58,737 nt of DNA, from IMG/VR virus record IMGVR_UViG_3300037150_000108, positions 1 through 58,737 of that record, one strand, 5' to 3'. Of this stretch, positions 19,568-27,736 are shown piece by piece. Below the pieces are notes generated by a model. It did not search any database. It saw only the letters and a program-made list of their open reading frames with translations, and was not told the origin of the DNA. Source of the DNA: a virus (taxonomy: Duplodnaviria; Caudoviricetes). How positions within the stretch are numbered: the stretch's first letter is position 1; each line of letters opens with the position of its first letter. Both the position numbers and the translations under genes were made by a program.

Positions 19568-19729
19568 TTACCTCCCTGCAAGTGAAAGTGCGATAAACAT
19601 GAGTACGACGCCTGCGCACAAGACGGCGAAGCAGACCAGTCCCAGCCCAATGGAGCGCCACATCTCGCGGCGTTGACGCTCCAAATGGTAGGCGTGCAGC
19701 GAGCCGTTAGGGTCGAATTGACCGGTCAT
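19568..19729 (-). CDS. Small single-TM protein (not in ORF track)
   Basis: Translated by hand: MTGQFDPNG...IGLGLVCFAVLCAGVVLMFIALSL. Confidence 0.5.
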   Translation of the reverse strand: MTGQFDPNGSLHAYHLERQRREMWRSIGLGLVCFAVLCAGVVLMFIALSLAGR

Positions 19730-20331
19730 ACGATCGGCCTCAAAGCTTCCAGCGCCTTCAGCGCAGCTTCGGCATCGGCCAGCAACAGGTTAGCCTCAGC
19801 CAGACCTTTCGCCCAATACTCGTCGTTGGGGTAGGATTCTACGTTTTGCTGTGCGTGGACTACGTTGCCGATGGCAAGCCTACGCCCCATATAGAGTCCA
19901 TTCCAGAGCACCTTACTGGCTTCCTTGGACACTAGCAGGGCTTCGCAGTCATCCTCGACGCCTTCTTTGCCCCGGATACCGCCATCGGGGGATAGCGCTT
20001 GCAGGATCGATTCTGTATCATCGCTGTTGTAATCCATATCCCATGCATCCATGATGGCCATCGCGTGCGCCCGATTGTCGTTGAGGAGGGTTGCGCCGAG
20101 ATAGATCTTCCGCAATGTCTCACGGAATTTGGGTGTCTGCGCCTCGTACATCGCCTGAGCGCGGCACTCTTCCCCGCAGAAGTTTCCTTCGTCGCACTCC
20201 ACTGGGATATCCACGAAGGTCGAGGGTTGATCGTTCCAGTCAAGATCCTCGTCTTGCGCGAAGGGTTCTTGGCAATAGTTGCACTGCACCATGCTTATGT
20301 CTTGCCGGTCAATCAGCTTAGCTTGACTCAT
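19726..20331 (-). CDS. Hypothetical protein with N-terminal Zn finger
   Basis: CNYC...FCGEEC; SD AGGAGGAG. Confidence 0.6.
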   Translation of the reverse strand: MSQAKLIDRQDISMVQCNYCQEPFAQDEDLDWNDQPSTFVDIPVECDEGNFCGEECRAQAMYEAQTPKFRETLRKIYLGATLLNDNRAHAMAIMDAWDMDYNSDDTESILQALSPDGGIRGKEGVEDDCEALLVSKEASKVLWNGLYMGRRLAIGNVVHAQQNVESYPNDEYWAKGLAEANLLLADAEAALKALEALRPIV

Positions 20332-20477
20332 CGCTCCTCCTTTTGCATCACTTGCAATCCGGTGCGGGGCTCATCTGTCCGCACGTGAGTTCCCCAATAG
20401 GCGCCCATGACGAAGCCGACGCACCATGCTCCCCAGTAGCGGCTGATCGTTTCAACCAAGTGCAGAAAGTTAGGCAT
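20328..20477 (-). CDS. Small membrane protein (not in ORF track)
   Basis: [29 protein letters not shown]; SD GGAGG. Confidence 0.45.
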   Translation of the reverse strand: MPNFLHLVETISRYWGAWCVGFVMGAYWGTHVRTDEPRTGLQVMQKEER

Positions 20478-20640
20478 CGAACCCTCCTGCAAGCGTCTTG
20501 CCGTCCAGCGATATAGGTGCCTGATGGAAGCACTCCGGCCTGCACTCAGGGCACGGAACCGCGACCAGAGCCCACTTCACCAAGTCGTTGACTTCAATCG
20601 CGCAGATGAATCGCGCTCCATTGCAGCGTTTGCATGTCAT
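20470..20640 (-). CDS. Small Zn-finger protein (not in ORF track)
   Basis: MTCKRCNG...PCPEC; ATGA overlap. Confidence 0.5.
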   Translation of the reverse strand: MTCKRCNGARFICAIEVNDLVKWALVAVPCPECRPECFHQAPISLDGKTLAGGFDA

Positions 20641-21278
20641 TTGGGCACCTGCATCGCAAGAGCCGCAGTCTTGGCAAACTCAAACGCACGAACGCGCTCC
20701 TCGCACTTCTCTGAGCCGTCGTCGGGAAACTCTTTTACGTTGCTGTTTCGGATGCCGATCTTCTCCCACTTTTCGAGTGAATACCAGATACATCCCATTC
20801 GCACCCATCGCTCTCCATTCTCAAATAGAACGGCGTGGACTTCGTAGTAATAAAGCCCGGAGAAGACGCGCATCGCATGGACTTTCTTCGTCGCACCGTA
20901 GGCACCGCGCAGGTAGGCACCGCGCAGGTTGGCACCGCTCAGGTCGGCACCGCTCAGGTCGGCACCGCTCAGGTCGGCACCGCTCAGGTCGGCACCGCTC
21001 AGGTTGGCACCGCTCAGGTTGGCACCGCTCAGGTCGGCACCGCTCAGGTCGGCACCGCTCAGGTCGGCACCGCTCAGGTCGGCACCGCTCAGGTTGGCAC
21101 CGCGCAGGTCGGCACCGCTCGGGTCGGCACCGCGCAGGTTGGCACCGCGCAGGTAGGCACCGCTCAGGTCGGCACCGCTCAGGTTGATGCGCTTCGATAC
21201 TGCTTCAACGAGCGCATCTTTTAGGATTGTTGCGGCAGAAGTGAAGATCACAGTGCCGACAGTGTTGACTATGTCCAT
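20637..21278 (-). CDS. Pentapeptide-repeat protein, first gene of the early operon
   Basis: Tandem A(D/N)L(S/R)G repeats; start re-called at MDIVNTVG. Confidence 0.9.
   Translation of the reverse strand: MDIVNTVGTVIFTSAATILKDALVEAVSKRINLSGADLSGAYLRGANLRGADPSGADLRGANLSGADLSGADLSGADLSGADLSGANLSGANLSGADLSGADLSGADLSGADLSGANLRGAYLRGAYGATKKVHAMRVFSGLYYYEVHAVLFENGERWVRMGCIWYSLEKWEKIGIRNSNVKEFPDDGSEKCEERVRAFEFAKTAALAMQVPK
20898..21184. repeat. 15-bp tandem repeat (GGCACCGCTCAGGTC variants) encoding the pentapeptide repeats
   Basis: Directly visible near-perfect tandem array. Confidence 0.95.
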
Positions 21279-21304
21279 TTCGTTCCGCCTCCAACGGTGG
21301 AACC

Positions 21305-21375
21305 ACCATACACCCACCTTAGTCCACAAGTCAACCACAATTTTCCACAAGCACATCAAACTTTTGTGGTACGCT
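21305..21375. promoter_or_regulatory. Divergent promoter region with phased CCACAA boxes
   Basis: Minus strand TTGACT-18-TATGGT; plus strand extended -10 TGgTACGCT; CCACAA at 21324, 21335, 21345 and inverted TTGTGG at 21364. Confidence 0.55.
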
Positions 21376-21491
21376 CAAATCTGGGTGCTCCAACACCCGT
21401 GCCGTGGGTCCGGCCCGACTCTCGGGGCGTGCTTTAGCTGTCCCGATGGAGACGATGGCCGGACCTGCAGGCGCCACTATGGAGGCGGCAA

Positions 21492-21782
21492 ATGTACGAA
21501 GACCTGAATCCCCAAGACCTATTCATCCCGCCCGCAGGGGCTATGCAGTTCGAACTTATCCCAAATGAAAGCCGGAAAACAGATGCGCTGTGCGAGTGGG
21601 AGGAAGCCTTCGAATTGGACGTGATATGGGTTGCTTCTTCCGTCCCATCTTTGTGCTGCAAGGTTCATGCGGTCGCCTATCCCGTTCTAGCCCAATGCCT
21701 GCCAGAGAGCCTAGCTAATAAGGTTCTATCTGACCCCCGCGAAATCGTAGTATGCGCTTGCCATGGGAGGATCATCGAATGA
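21492..21782 (+). CDS. Hypothetical Cys/His-containing protein
   Basis: SD GGAGG; CCKVH, CACHG. Confidence 0.55.
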   Translation: MYEDLNPQDLFIPPAGAMQFELIPNESRKTDALCEWEEAFELDVIWVASSVPSLCCKVHAVAYPVLAQCLPESLANKVLSDPREIVVCACHGRIIE

Positions 21783-21864
21783 ACGCCGAAGAAACCTACA
21801 TCAACCCCTATCCTGCGGTGAAACGCATGAAGCTGGCTGCGTTCCGGGCGAATGGTGGGCTGGT

Positions 21865-22557
21865 TTGAAACCCTACTACGAGCACGGCGGCATCACGATC
21901 TACCACGGCGATTGCCGCGAGATATTGCCACAGTTGGGGCGGTTTGACTTGTTGCTCAGTGACCCGCCGTGGGGATCAGATACGCGATGTAACTCCCAGA
22001 GATTTACGCGGCCTGCATCTTCGTGGTGGAAGGAGCAGAGTACAGCGCATGTTACGCCCCACATTGACATAGAAGGCGACAAAGAAGAGTTCGACCCACG
22101 CGATCTAATCTTGCAGCCTGCGATTCTATGGGGCGCGAACCATTTCACGCGCCACTTACCCCATTCTGGCGGTTGGCTTATTTGGGACAAGCGCAAGGGA
22201 ATCGAACAGATCGCTGAAAAAGGATGGCCACTCGGAGAGGCTGAACTGGCTTGGACAAATGTGAGGGGATCAACCCGCGTGTTCCGAAACCGATGGGCAG
22301 GACTTCTCCGAGATTCGGAAGAGGGACACTTTTTCCATCCTACTCAGAAGCCTATCGCGCTAATGGAGTGGTGTATCCGCCAAGTGCCCACTAAGCCAAA
22401 GAACCTGATTGATCCTTACATGGGCGCAGGCTCATCTCTCGTAGCAGCCAAGGCCGCTGGACTTGAAGCAGCAGGCATAGAGCGCGAAGAGAAGTATTGC
22501 GAAATCGCAGCAGAACGGCTAAGCCAAGAGGTATTCGACTTTGGCTGTCAAGAGTAG
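21865..22557 (+). CDS. Orphan N4/N6 DNA methyltransferase (beta class)
   Basis: TTG start giving MKPYY...IYHGDCREIL; DPPW; HPTQKP; DPYMGAGSS. Confidence 0.9.
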   Translation: MKPYYEHGGITIYHGDCREILPQLGRFDLLLSDPPWGSDTRCNSQRFTRPASSWWKEQSTAHVTPHIDIEGDKEEFDPRDLILQPAILWGANHFTRHLPHSGGWLIWDKRKGIEQIAEKGWPLGEAELAWTNVRGSTRVFRNRWAGLLRDSEEGHFFHPTQKPIALMEWCIRQVPTKPKNLIDPYMGAGSSLVAAKAAGLEAAGIEREEKYCEIAAERLSQEVFDFGCQE

Positions 22558-22700
22558 CAAGTTAGATTCAGTTTTAGTGTGAAGGTAGCCTGTCAAGAGT
22601 TACTGATTAGGTTCACAGAAGGTTGCCTAAGAATGTCCTCTTTTGCCTGTTTTCCACAATTTCAGTTTTGTGAAATCGCACATGTCTGGTAGGGTGGCAC

Positions 22701-22729
22701 TTGTCACGCCGACCCGCGAGACATACGAT
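22701..22729 (+). promoter_or_regulatory. Sigma70-like promoter of the replication operon
   Basis: TTGTCA-17 nt-TACGAT. Confidence 0.5.
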
Positions 22730-22736
22730 GGCAACA

Positions 22737-22811
22737 CGCAGGCCTGATCACCTGCGCAGTGGTCGGGATGCTCTGATAGGCGTCCCGGCCTGCCTTCACT
22801 ATCAGGAAGGA
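22737..22811 (+). ncRNA. Structured 5' leader: two hairpins plus a potential pseudoknot over the SD
   Basis: CGCAGG/CCTGCG and GGTCGGGATGC/GCGTCCCGGCC stems; both loops complementary to CTATCAGG. Confidence 0.5.
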
Positions 22812-22815
22812 ATGG

Positions 22816-24069
22816 ATGTACAACAAGCTGTTCACGAAGATTCTCGACTCCACGATATGGCTGGAAAGCGACCGGACGCGGCTCGTCTGGATCACGCTGC
22901 TGGCGGTCATGGACGAGGATGGCTACTGCCAGCTTGCCTCGCCGGCCAATGTAGCCAACCGCGCCGCCGTGCCGCTCGAAGACACCAAGGTTGCACTGGC
23001 CATACTTGAGGCACCCGACCCTGACTCTTCCGACCCAGACAACGAGGGCCGACGTATCGAGAAGGTGCCAGGCGGATGGATCGTTCTCAATGCCCAAAAA
23101 TACAGGGAGACGGTCACTCGGATTGAGGTCAAGAACGGCAACCGGATGAGAGTAAAGCGGTATCGACAGAGGAATGAAGGCTTGCCGGATGATGAAGGCG
23201 TCGATGGATACGTCTACTACGCGCGCAACTACGATCTCATCAAGATTGGCTTCAGCCGGAATCCCTGGTCGCGGGTGAAGGAGTTGGGGAAGTTCAACCC
23301 AAACGTGGAACTTCTAGCTACTGAGCGCGGCACTTATATGCTGGAAAAGCAACGCCATGAACAGTTTGCCGCATACCATAAAGAGGGTGAGTGGTTCACA
23401 TGCGTAGACGAAATACTCAACTACGCAAAGTCAATAGTAGTTACTACGCTGAATAGTAGTAACGTCGTAGTCACACAATCAGAAGCAGAAGCAGACACAG
23501 TAGCAAAAACATTATCCCTTGCAGTTGCAAAAGAACTGGCGAAACAACAAAAGCTTTCTCGCGCTAAAAAGCAGCGCGAGGCACAAGCGAAGGCTCCGAC
23601 CAAGACTGATATCGCGAAGATACGGCACAAAGAGTTCAAGGCAGCCATCGGCCTCTACTGGAAATCGAAGAATCCCGGTGTCGAGATGCCGTGGGGCGCA
23701 CCTGAGGGGCAAGCCTTGGAAATCTGGCTCCGTGAGTGCCCTACGACGACGATTGAGCAATTTACCGGATATCTGCGCAACCGTTTCAAGTCGGAGGTAA
23801 ACCACACTGAGCGGCCGAGCATCTGGATCCGCAACATTGTGGGGTATGCGCAAGAGCCCCTGAATAAATTCAAACAACCTCAGAGCACCAACGGCAGCAT
23901 CAACGGAGGCAGCAATGGGAACGGACATTACAAAGGAAAAACAGAGCAAAGCCTTGACGCAGCACGAGAAGCCATCGAAGCAATCGAGAATCGTCGCAAT
24001 GCTGGCGATCTTGGGTATCCGGCGACAGGCGAAGTTGAGCAGCCAAGACTACCAGGTGCTAGCAGCTGA
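22816..24069 (+). CDS. Phage replication initiator with internal GIY-YIG (T5orf172/MUG113-like) domain
   Basis: N-terminal KLFTKILDSTIW...GRRIEKVPGGWIVLN; GYVYY...IKIGFS...LE...H..F...GEWF; lies upstream of DnaB. Confidence 0.75.
   Translation: MYNKLFTKILDSTIWLESDRTRLVWITLLAVMDEDGYCQLASPANVANRAAVPLEDTKVALAILEAPDPDSSDPDNEGRRIEKVPGGWIVLNAQKYRETVTRIEVKNGNRMRVKRYRQRNEGLPDDEGVDGYVYYARNYDLIKIGFSRNPWSRVKELGKFNPNVELLATERGTYMLEKQRHEQFAAYHKEGEWFTCVDEILNYAKSIVVTTLNSSNVVVTQSEAEADTVAKTLSLAVAKELAKQQKLSRAKKQREAQAKAPTKTDIAKIRHKEFKAAIGLYWKSKNPGVEMPWGAPEGQALEIWLRECPTTTIEQFTGYLRNRFKSEVNHTERPSIWIRNIVGYAQEPLNKFKQPQSTNGSINGGSNGNGHYKGKTEQSLDAAREAIEAIENRRNAGDLGYPATGEVEQPRLPGASS
23435..23510. other. Putative replication origin inside the initiator gene
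   Basis: Clustered GTAGT repeats including palindromic GTAGTTACTAC, followed by purine-rich CAGAAGCAGAAGCAGAC tract; lambdoid-type ori position. Confidence 0.45.
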
Positions 24070-24283
24070 TTTGGAAGAGTTTGATTTGCCGTACATTGCG
24101 CTCGCACTAGAGCGCATCGGGAAAACTCCGCGACCAGAGGGAGAGCCATCATTTCCAGCCGTAGGCACGCTGATACTAGCCATCCGCGATGCACACCCCC
24201 GTAGGGACGTGTTAGCAGAAATTCGCGCGCGCAATGCCAAAGCAATGGCCGAAGTGGAAGCGGAGTCTAAACTTGGGAATTGA
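23915..24283 (+). CDS. Putative helicase loader or replication accessory protein
   Basis: SD GGAGG then ATG embedded in the 3' end of the initiator; sits between initiator and DnaB. Confidence 0.5.
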   Translation: MGTDITKEKQSKALTQHEKPSKQSRIVAMLAILGIRRQAKLSSQDYQVLAADLEEFDLPYIALALERIGKTPRPEGEPSFPAVGTLILAIRDAHPRRDVLAEIRARNAKAMAEVEAESKLGN

Positions 24284-25541
24284 CGCCATCCGCGAAGGCG
24301 TTCCAGCCTCGATCCACACCGAAGTCGCCATATTAGGGGCCATAATGCTGGACCCGCTGGCGCTGGCAGACGCTCGTGCGAGGCTGGTGGCGGGGGATTT
24401 CATCCTCGACTCGCACCAGAGGGTCTACAGGGCGATTCTGGCGGTTGGCGAGGGTGCAGACTTCACGACTGTGCGCGCAGAACTCGAGCGGCGCCGCGAG
24501 ATGGATGCGATTGGCGGGATCAACTACCTCCTGAGCCTGACTGAAGGCATCCCGCGCAACTTCAACATCCAGGCCTACGTCGAGATTGTCTTGCAGAAGG
24601 CCATGCTGCGGCGAGTCATGCAAATCTGCCACGATGGGCAAGTCCGGGCTCAGGACGAGTCTGAAGACGCCTACGAGGTTGCCGACTGGATCACGAAGCA
24701 GTTGACCGAGGAGCGGCCGGAGCAGTCTGTATCTGTCTTTGACGCCATGCCCAAGGCGTTGAAATCGCTGGATGAGTCGGCAGGGAACGTCATCTCTACC
24801 GGGATACGCGAGCTCGACGACTTCACTTCGGGCGGGATGCGGACCAAGGAACTATGGATCATCGGGGCTCTGCCTTCCCGCGGCAAGTCATCCCTTGCCC
24901 GTCAACTTGAGCGGGGCGCTCTTTGGGCAGGCGTTCCGGTCCATACGCACACCATCGAGATGGGCAACAACGAGTGGCTAAACTACCACGCAGCGGTGGT
25001 GGGTGGGGTGCCGGCGTGGAAGCTCAGAACCCCCTACGCCATGCCTGTAATGGATCGGCACAACATGAACGTTGGGGGCGCTACAGTGCAGAACTGGCCC
25101 TTCCTGCTCGATGACTGCGGCCAGGTCCACATCAACACGCTCTTAGCCAAGAGCAGGCTGTCAGTGATGCGGCACGGCACCAAGGTAGTGGTGGTCGATT
25201 ACCTGCAGATGCTCGACGGGGATGAGAAGGAGAAGCGGAACCAGATGGGCACGGCGGCGAAGAAACTCAAGCAGTTCGCCAAGGTCCATGATTGCTGCGT
25301 GGTGGCGCTCTCGCAGCTTGCCCGCAGAGGCGACATCAACGCGCGCCCAACCATGCAGGATCTGAAAGAATCAGGCGACCTCGAAGCAGCCGGCGACGTG
25401 ATCTTACTCAATTACATGCCAGTGGACGATGGGCACTTCACAGGCGACGACGAGATCATCATTGCGAAGCAAAGGCATGGAGCAATTGGTTCAATTCCAA
25501 TGCGTTACGACAAAGAGACGTTGACATTCAGAGCGAGGTGA
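24234..25541 (+). CDS. dnaB: DnaB-family replicative helicase (start possibly TTG 24273)
   Basis: GALPSRGKS; VVVDYLQM; LSQLAR; DLKESGDLE; IAKQRHG. Confidence 0.92.
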   Translation: MPKQWPKWKRSLNLGIDAIREGVPASIHTEVAILGAIMLDPLALADARARLVAGDFILDSHQRVYRAILAVGEGADFTTVRAELERRREMDAIGGINYLLSLTEGIPRNFNIQAYVEIVLQKAMLRRVMQICHDGQVRAQDESEDAYEVADWITKQLTEERPEQSVSVFDAMPKALKSLDESAGNVISTGIRELDDFTSGGMRTKELWIIGALPSRGKSSLARQLERGALWAGVPVHTHTIEMGNNEWLNYHAAVVGGVPAWKLRTPYAMPVMDRHNMNVGGATVQNWPFLLDDCGQVHINTLLAKSRLSVMRHGTKVVVVDYLQMLDGDEKEKRNQMGTAAKKLKQFAKVHDCCVVALSQLARRGDINARPTMQDLKESGDLEAAGDVILLNYMPVDDGHFTGDDEIIIAKQRHGAIGSIPMRYDKETLTFRAR

Positions 25542-25543
25542 TT

Positions 25544-25798
25544 ATGCACAGCATAGCTGAAATTGTGGAGCAAATCGTGGTTGAGCCTGAGGCACAAAAG
25601 CGGTTCTTCGGACCTGAGAAGCGCAAGCGCGGCCCTTACATGCCCACCAGCCAACTCAGGTATGAGCGCAGGTATGCAGCGAAGATGGGCGTAAGGTTGG
25701 ACACTGTGCGTTTGATGGGCGGCGCCGAGAAGCTGGAGAAGCTTGAGCCGCACATCCAGAGGCTGTTGCTCGGCATCTCGAAGCGGGTTAGCGCATGA
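25544..25798 (+). CDS. Hypothetical basic protein
   Basis: SD GAGGTG; start MHSIAEIV. Confidence 0.55.
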   Translation: MHSIAEIVEQIVVEPEAQKRFFGPEKRKRGPYMPTSQLRYERRYAAKMGVRLDTVRLMGGAEKLEKLEPHIQRLLLGISKRVSA

Positions 25799-25968
25799 AA
25801 CTTGCAGACCAAATCCGTCAGATTCAGCTCAAATTGCGCGAGCGAACCATAGGCACACCACTGCCTGCAACTCACGTAAACACCCCAGTCTGGACTGAAC
25901 CTCCGAAACGTGACATGGGTAGTTTTGCAATAGTCGAAGTTCTCCAAAACGACGGATCGAGAAAGTAA
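25795..25968 (+). CDS. Small hypothetical protein (57 aa, not in ORF track)
   Basis: ATGA overlap; MKLADQIRQIQLKLRER... Confidence 0.4.
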   Translation: MKLADQIRQIQLKLRERTIGTPLPATHVNTPVWTEPPKRDMGSFAIVEVLQNDGSRK

Positions 25969-26077
25969 GCGACACCACCGAATACATCTCTGACCGCTAA
26001 CGAATCGTATAATGCGTGGGAGGGTTTGGGAGGGCAAGAACCAAACCGCAGTAACGATCTTCGAGGAGACTGAAACC

Positions 26078-26494
26078 ATGCCGCAAGTCATAAACGTCTA
26101 CAACTTAGCCGCTGCAGGGGGCGCACCGCTCATCATTCGCTGCACGCGTGTGACGTCTCGCATGGAGATCATCGAGGATGGCTCTGCGAACGGTGGGTTC
26201 CAGCAAGGTCTTATCGGGCAGCAACTTACACCTGTTGGGTTTGGCGTGAACACGGTCGGCTCGACGTTCAACGTTGCCCCAAATGTGGACGATGAGCCGC
26301 TGGTGTTTGCAGGGTATTCCGGGGACACAGAGCCGCATACTGTGCCTATTGGCAATGGTGGCAGTGGGACGGATCGGTTGGGGAATCCTCAGCCTGTCAG
26401 CCCTGGGGGGCCTGCGACGTTGGGCACAGCCATTGTGCAGTTGACGTCAGCGAGCGCGAACACGACCAAGGTGCGAGTTACTGAGTGGTTCTAG
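26078..26494 (+). CDS. Beta-rich hypothetical protein, possible virion decoration
   Basis: SD GAGGAG; TATAAT at 26008; ends VRVTEWF. Confidence 0.55.
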   Translation: MPQVINVYNLAAAGGAPLIIRCTRVTSRMEIIEDGSANGGFQQGLIGQQLTPVGFGVNTVGSTFNVAPNVDDEPLVFAGYSGDTEPHTVPIGNGGSGTDRLGNPQPVSPGGPATLGTAIVQLTSASANTTKVRVTEWF

Positions 26495-26497
26495 GTG

Positions 26498-26536
26498 TTG
26501 CAATCGTACACGGCCATGTGTATATTACGCACATGG
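26498..26536 (+). promoter_or_regulatory. Sigma70 promoter with overlapping inverted repeats
   Basis: TTGCAA-17-TATATT; CCATGTG/CACATGG and TACAC/GTGTA inverted repeats. Confidence 0.6.
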
Positions 26537-26546
26537 AGGCAACAAA

Positions 26547-26708
26547 ATGGACTCTGCAACCGCTTATCTCATGGGAATCGAATACTTTGAGTGGGGATTC
26601 GACTTGTTCAAGGCGCTGGACTCATTCGACCGAAACTATCCCGCAGCGTCAGCGCACCGCTTCTCTGTGATTGACGGATGGGAAAGCGCAAAGGAAGGCA
26701 GCGTATGA
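26547..26708 (+). CDS. Small hypothetical protein (53 aa, not in ORF track)
   Basis: SD GGAGG; MDSATAYLMGIEYFEWG...; ATGA overlap with next gene. Confidence 0.55.
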   Translation: MDSATAYLMGIEYFEWGFDLFKALDSFDRNYPAASAHRFSVIDGWESAKEGSV

Positions 26709-27055
26709 GCCAAGTCCAGCGCACCGCCAATCACTGCGACATCTGCGGGCACGAGTGGCTACCTCAATCCGGGGTAGCCTACTCGCATTGCACCAGTGGA
26801 AAGTGCCGGTCGCGCAAGTGGGATAGGGGAGAGGCCGAAAAGGTGAAGGCACCGGTCTCCAAAACCGGGCACGCGGGTTCGACTCCTGCCTCCCCTGCCA
26901 AACTCGCCGAGCGTATCGCCACCGGAGCAGAAGGCAAGGCGCTGGCGAGCCGAGCTGTAAAAGTTCTACTGGAGAAGCGACCCCACCTCAAGCCAGTCTG
27001 CCCGTCCTGCGGGGCGCTCAATGGGATGCACCAGAAAGGGTGTAAAGCTAAATGA
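26705..27055 (+). CDS. Double Zn-ribbon protein whose linker is encoded by a tRNA gene
   Basis: CDICGHEW...HCTSGKCRSRKW and CPSCG...HQKGC; ATGA coupling at both ends. Confidence 0.65.
   Translation: MSQVQRTANHCDICGHEWLPQSGVAYSHCTSGKCRSRKWDRGEAEKVKAPVSKTGHAGSTPASPAKLAERIATGAEGKALASRAVKVLLEKRPHLKPVCPSCGALNGMHQKGCKAK
26825..26900 (+). tRNA. trnW: tRNA-Trp (anticodon CCA), 76 nt, CCA end encoded
   Basis: Acceptor AGGGGAG/CTCCCCT, discriminator G, CCA; anticodon arm CCGGT-CTCCAAA-ACCGG; T arm GCGGG-TTCGACT-CCTGC; D stem GCC/GGC; atypical A at position 8. Confidence 0.8.
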
Positions 27056-27363
27056 GGGAACGCCAAATGCAGACTGATACCGAAGAAACCCCAGCCGGGA
27101 TGGAGGCTATTCTTCCTCCGCGAGACTCCCATCAGGCTGTATACGCACAAAAAGTAACTTCTGCGGAATGGCGAGGATTTCTTGACCGCATCCCTCTAAA
27201 TGCACGAGGTGACGGCGCCACCCTGCTTGCTGCCGCATACTTCTTTCTACTTCGAATAGAGCGCGATCTGGCAGATCGGCAGACTCTACCAGAGCCAATT
27301 TTCCGCAGTGTGGGCAGACGATCCCGAAACCTCTTGATGTGGGCATATCGGGAGGTCATCTGA
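27052..27363 (+). CDS. Hypothetical protein
   Basis: Coupled to neighbours by ATGA and TGATG overlaps. Confidence 0.5.
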   Translation: MRERQMQTDTEETPAGMEAILPPRDSHQAVYAQKVTSAEWRGFLDRIPLNARGDGATLLAAAYFFLLRIERDLADRQTLPEPIFRSVGRRSRNLLMWAYREVI

Positions 27364-27506
27364 TGACTCTGGACGACTACCCACGCATCATGGTGCTCAC
27401 CCTCGTAGCCTTTCTGGCCCTCTGCAACGCTGGCAACTTCATCTGGCTGGTGTGCGACTGGTGGAACAAGAGTGGCAAAGGATATTGGGCGCGATGGACC
27501 CAGTAG
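27363..27506 (+). CDS. Small TM protein (not in ORF track)
   Basis: SD GGAGGT; MTLDDYPRIMVLTLVAFLALCNAGNFIWLV. Confidence 0.5.
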   Translation: MTLDDYPRIMVLTLVAFLALCNAGNFIWLVCDWWNKSGKGYWARWTQ

Positions 27507-27550
27507 GCGAGCTTCTACGCATCCACCAACCGTTAGACGGAGGAGATTCC

Positions 27551-27736
27551 ATGCGATATCGGGGTGCAGCAGGTGGGGCGAAGATGTTGGAACTGCTGGC
27601 CGATGCGCAGGCATCAGCCGACCAGGGGGCAGATGTGGTGCTGATCACGCGCTACCAGAATGGCGTAGTGACGTACAAGCCAGTTGAGCCTAGACTGGAA
27701 GTTGTGGACGCGGTATTGAAGGCGCTGGAGGCATGA
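27551..27736 (+). CDS. Small hypothetical protein
   Basis: SD GGAGGAG; start re-called at MRYRGAAG. Confidence 0.5.
   Translation: MRYRGAAGGAKMLELLADAQASADQGADVVLITRYQNGVVTYKPVEPRLEVVDAVLKALEA

Noticed and set aside
20898-21184. Possible CRISPR array, or the alternative-frame repeat ORFs (GTAQV, RHRSG, RSAPL)
   Set aside because: Contiguous 15-bp units without spacers; fully explained by the minus-strand pentapeptide gene
27107-27346. Minus-strand ORF with CPHCGK motif opposite 27052..27363
   Set aside because: No SD; the plus-strand ORF is translationally coupled on both sides. Not fully excluded
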